From assembly GCA_036488585.1 (NCBI GenBank), contig DASXHH010000024.1, forward strand, positions 85 through 64,084: DNA of 64,000 nucleotides, read 5' to 3'. The first letter of the stretch is position 1, and the number at the start of each line of letters is the position of its first letter. Shown here one piece after another: positions 62,478 to 64,000 of this stretch. The stretch is from Candidatus Saccharimonadia bacterium. GTDB taxonomy: Bacteria; Patescibacteriota; Saccharimonadia; UBA4664. The notes beneath the pieces were generated by a model that saw nothing but the letters and a program-made list of their open reading frames with translations, had not been told where the DNA came from and did not search any database. Position numbers and translations under genes: made by a program.

Positions 62478-62973
62478 TGTGAGCCCGGATGGGCCGCATG
62501 GAGGTGTTGCCGGTCGGATGGTTCAGCGGCGTAAGCAGGTAGCCCTGGCGCGTGCACCAATTTGAGAGGTGCCGGGTGAACCAGGGCATGGTGCTGTCGA
62601 CCACGACGCCGTCAGAGTCGACCGTGATGCTGACACTGACCGCGCGTTGGTCAACCTGCCAGTTGTACATTTCGACCCACATGTGGCCAGCTTCGTAGGC
62701 CAGGAGGGCTCGCTGAACTTCGGGGATGAGCAGCTGGTCGACGTAGCTGAACGCCTGGCCCTCGGTGGGCTCAGAGTCGTTGGAGACGTGGCCGGATTCG
62801 GACTGGGAAGTTGGGGTGGGCCGGCGGAGGTTTCCTAGATCGGCACGTTGTTTAGGATCTCCGAGCCGGTCGATTGGATCTGGCAGCAAGTTCCAGAGCC
62901 TGCGTTCGAGATCGGCGGCACGTTTTTCAAGATCTCGGAGCCGGTCTTCGGCCGGATCTGGTGAGTCGTTCAT
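62458..62973 (-). CDS. Hypothetical protein with an N-terminal coiled-coil-like segment (EDRLRDLEKRAADLERRL), inserted between tuf and rpsJ
   Basis: ORF only. Start taken at internal MNDSPD. The function is unknown. Confidence 0.35.
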   Translation of the reverse strand: MNDSPDPAEDRLRDLEKRAADLERRLWNLLPDPIDRLGDPKQRADLGNLRRPTPTSQSESGHVSNDSEPTEGQAFSYVDQLLIPEVQRALLAYEAGHMWVEMYNWQVDQRAVSVSITVDSDGVVVDSTMPWFTRHLSNWCTRQGYLLTPLNHPTGNTSMRPIRAHIARLER

Positions 62974-63100
62974 GTGACCCCTTCCAGGTGAGCACGAGTA
63001 TTTCCGATGGCTTGGTTTTACCATATCTCGGCTATGTTTGCAATGGTACTTGGGCGCTGAAGCTCCCCTGGCTACCGCCCAGGGTTTATCACCTGATTAA

Positions 63101-63124
63101 CCAAAAAACGGCCCGGAGGCCGTT
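63101..63124 (-). terminator. Rho-independent terminator after tuf (stem AACGGCC/GGCCGTT, loop CGGA, TTTTTT on minus)
   Basis: Seen directly, 25 nt downstream of the tuf stop. Confidence 0.6.
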
Positions 63125-63148
63125 AGCTGGAACAGAATTTGAGGTCTG

Positions 63149-64000
63149 TTACTTGAGGATCTTGGTCACGACACCAGCACCCACGGTGCGGCCACCTTCG
63201 CGAATAGCGAAGCGCTGTCCATCTTCCATGGCGATCGGAGCGATGAGCTCGACCTTCATCTTGATGTCGTCGCCAGGCATTACCATCTCGACGCCTTCAG
63301 GCAGGGTGACAGAGCCGGTGACGTCGGTTGTGCGGATGTAGAACTGAGGCTTGTAGCCCTTGAAGAACGGGGTGTGGCGGCCGCCCTCGTCTTTGTTTAG
63401 GACATAGACCTGAGCCTCAAACTCGGTGTGCGGGGTGATGCTACCGGGCTTGGCCAGAACCTGACCGCGCTCGATGTCAGCGCGCTCAATGCCGCGCAGC
63501 AGAGCGCCGATGTTGTCGCCGGCCTGAGCGTCGGGGAGCAGTTTCTTGAACATCTCAACACCGGTCACTACGGTCTTCTTGGTGGGACGGATACCGACGA
63601 TTTCAACTTCGTCGTTTACCTTTAGTACGCCCTGGTCAATACGGCCAGTGGCCACTGTGCCGCGGCCCTTGATGGAGAAGACATCTTCAATGGCCATCAG
63701 GAAGGGCTTGTCAACCTCGCGCTTGGGCTCGGGGAAGTAGTCGTCCATGGCGGCGACGAGGTCCAGGATGGACTTCTCGTTGTCAGCGTCGCCCTCGAGG
63801 GCCTTCAGAGCGGAACCCTTGATGATGGGGGCGTTCTCGTCGAAGTCGTACTTGGCCAAGAGTTCGCGAATTTCCATTTCAACCAGCTCAGCCAGCTCAG
63901 GGTCGGCCATGTCCATCTTGTTCATGTAAACGAGGATGGACGGCACGCCCACCTGCTTGGCCAACAGGATGTGCTCACGGGTCTGAGGCATGGGGCCGTC
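63149..64000 (-). CDS. tuf: Elongation factor Tu, C-terminal ~280 aa (5' part of the gene lies beyond the window end)
   Basis: Domains II/III of EF-Tu (…[25 protein letters not shown] … [14 protein letters not shown]). Confidence 0.95.
   Translation of the reverse strand, partial: DGPMPQTREHILLAKQVGVPSILVYMNKMDMADPELAELVEMEIRELLAKYDFDENAPIIKGSALKALEGDADNEKSILDLVAAMDDYFPEPKREVDKPFLMAIEDVFSIKGRGTVATGRIDQGVLKVNDEVEIVGIRPTKKTVVTGVEMFKKLLPDAQAGDNIGALLRGIERADIERGQVLAKPGSITPHTEFEAQVYVLNKDEGGRHTPFFKGYKPQFYIRTTDVTGSVTLPEGVEMVMPGDDIKMKVELIAPIAMEDGQRFAIREGGRTVGAGVVTKILK

Noticed and set aside
1-64000. CRISPR arrays, rRNA genes, IS elements/transposases, integrases, reverse transcriptase/DGR components
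   Set aside because: I looked for direct-repeat arrays, rRNA-like conserved stretches and transposase/RT motifs and found none. A DGR targeting the giant protein was considered, but no RT or template repeat is present in this window.

Overview
High-GC bacterial chromosome segment. It is dominated by a nearly complete ribosomal-protein super-operon on the minus strand (rpsI-rplM, rplQ-rpoA-rpsD-rpsK-rpsM-rpmJ-infA-secY, then rplO up through rplC, about 42.0-56.0 kb), plus rplK-rplA-nusG-secE (7.5-9.9 kb), rpsJ (61.7 kb) and the 3' part of tuf at the window end. Lineage hints, all inference: no rpmD (L30) between rpsE and rplO, no adk or map between secY and infA, a type-2 (archaeal-type) AspRS, a FemAB-family gene, several K/A-rich tails on r-proteins, and giant or surface proteins. 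These fit a reduced-genome monoderm or CPR-like bacterium, but I cannot confirm that. Other content: (1) an operon of tightly coupled nucleotide-related enzymes at 4.0-7.4 kb (DUF2277, APH-fold kinase, HxGQ cytidylyltransferase, HIT protein, and a novel N-domain fused to a CDA-fold deaminase), next to thyA, an unknown 297-aa protein and a flavodoxin-like reductase; (2) a Ku-LigD NHEJ pair; (3) a 2043-aa secreted repeat protein (adhesin or fibre-like) inserted on the opposite strand inside a conserved tRNA cluster, whose in-frame signal peptide has no canonical start codon; (4) a candidate T-box leader upstream of aspS; (5) a lower-GC islet with two HAD paralogs, each preceded by a conserved ~50-nt element; (6) insertions that separate tuf from rpsJ and rpsJ from rplC, the latter carrying a proteasome-beta-like protein that lacks the catalytic Thr1. 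rpmG (L33) and rpmJ (L36, GTG start) are under 60 aa and absent from the ORF track; I found both by manual translation. Five tRNAs are present: Trp-CCA, Thr-GGT, Tyr-GTA, Thr-TGT, all on minus with encoded CCA. No CRISPR array, rRNA, transposase or reverse transcriptase was seen.
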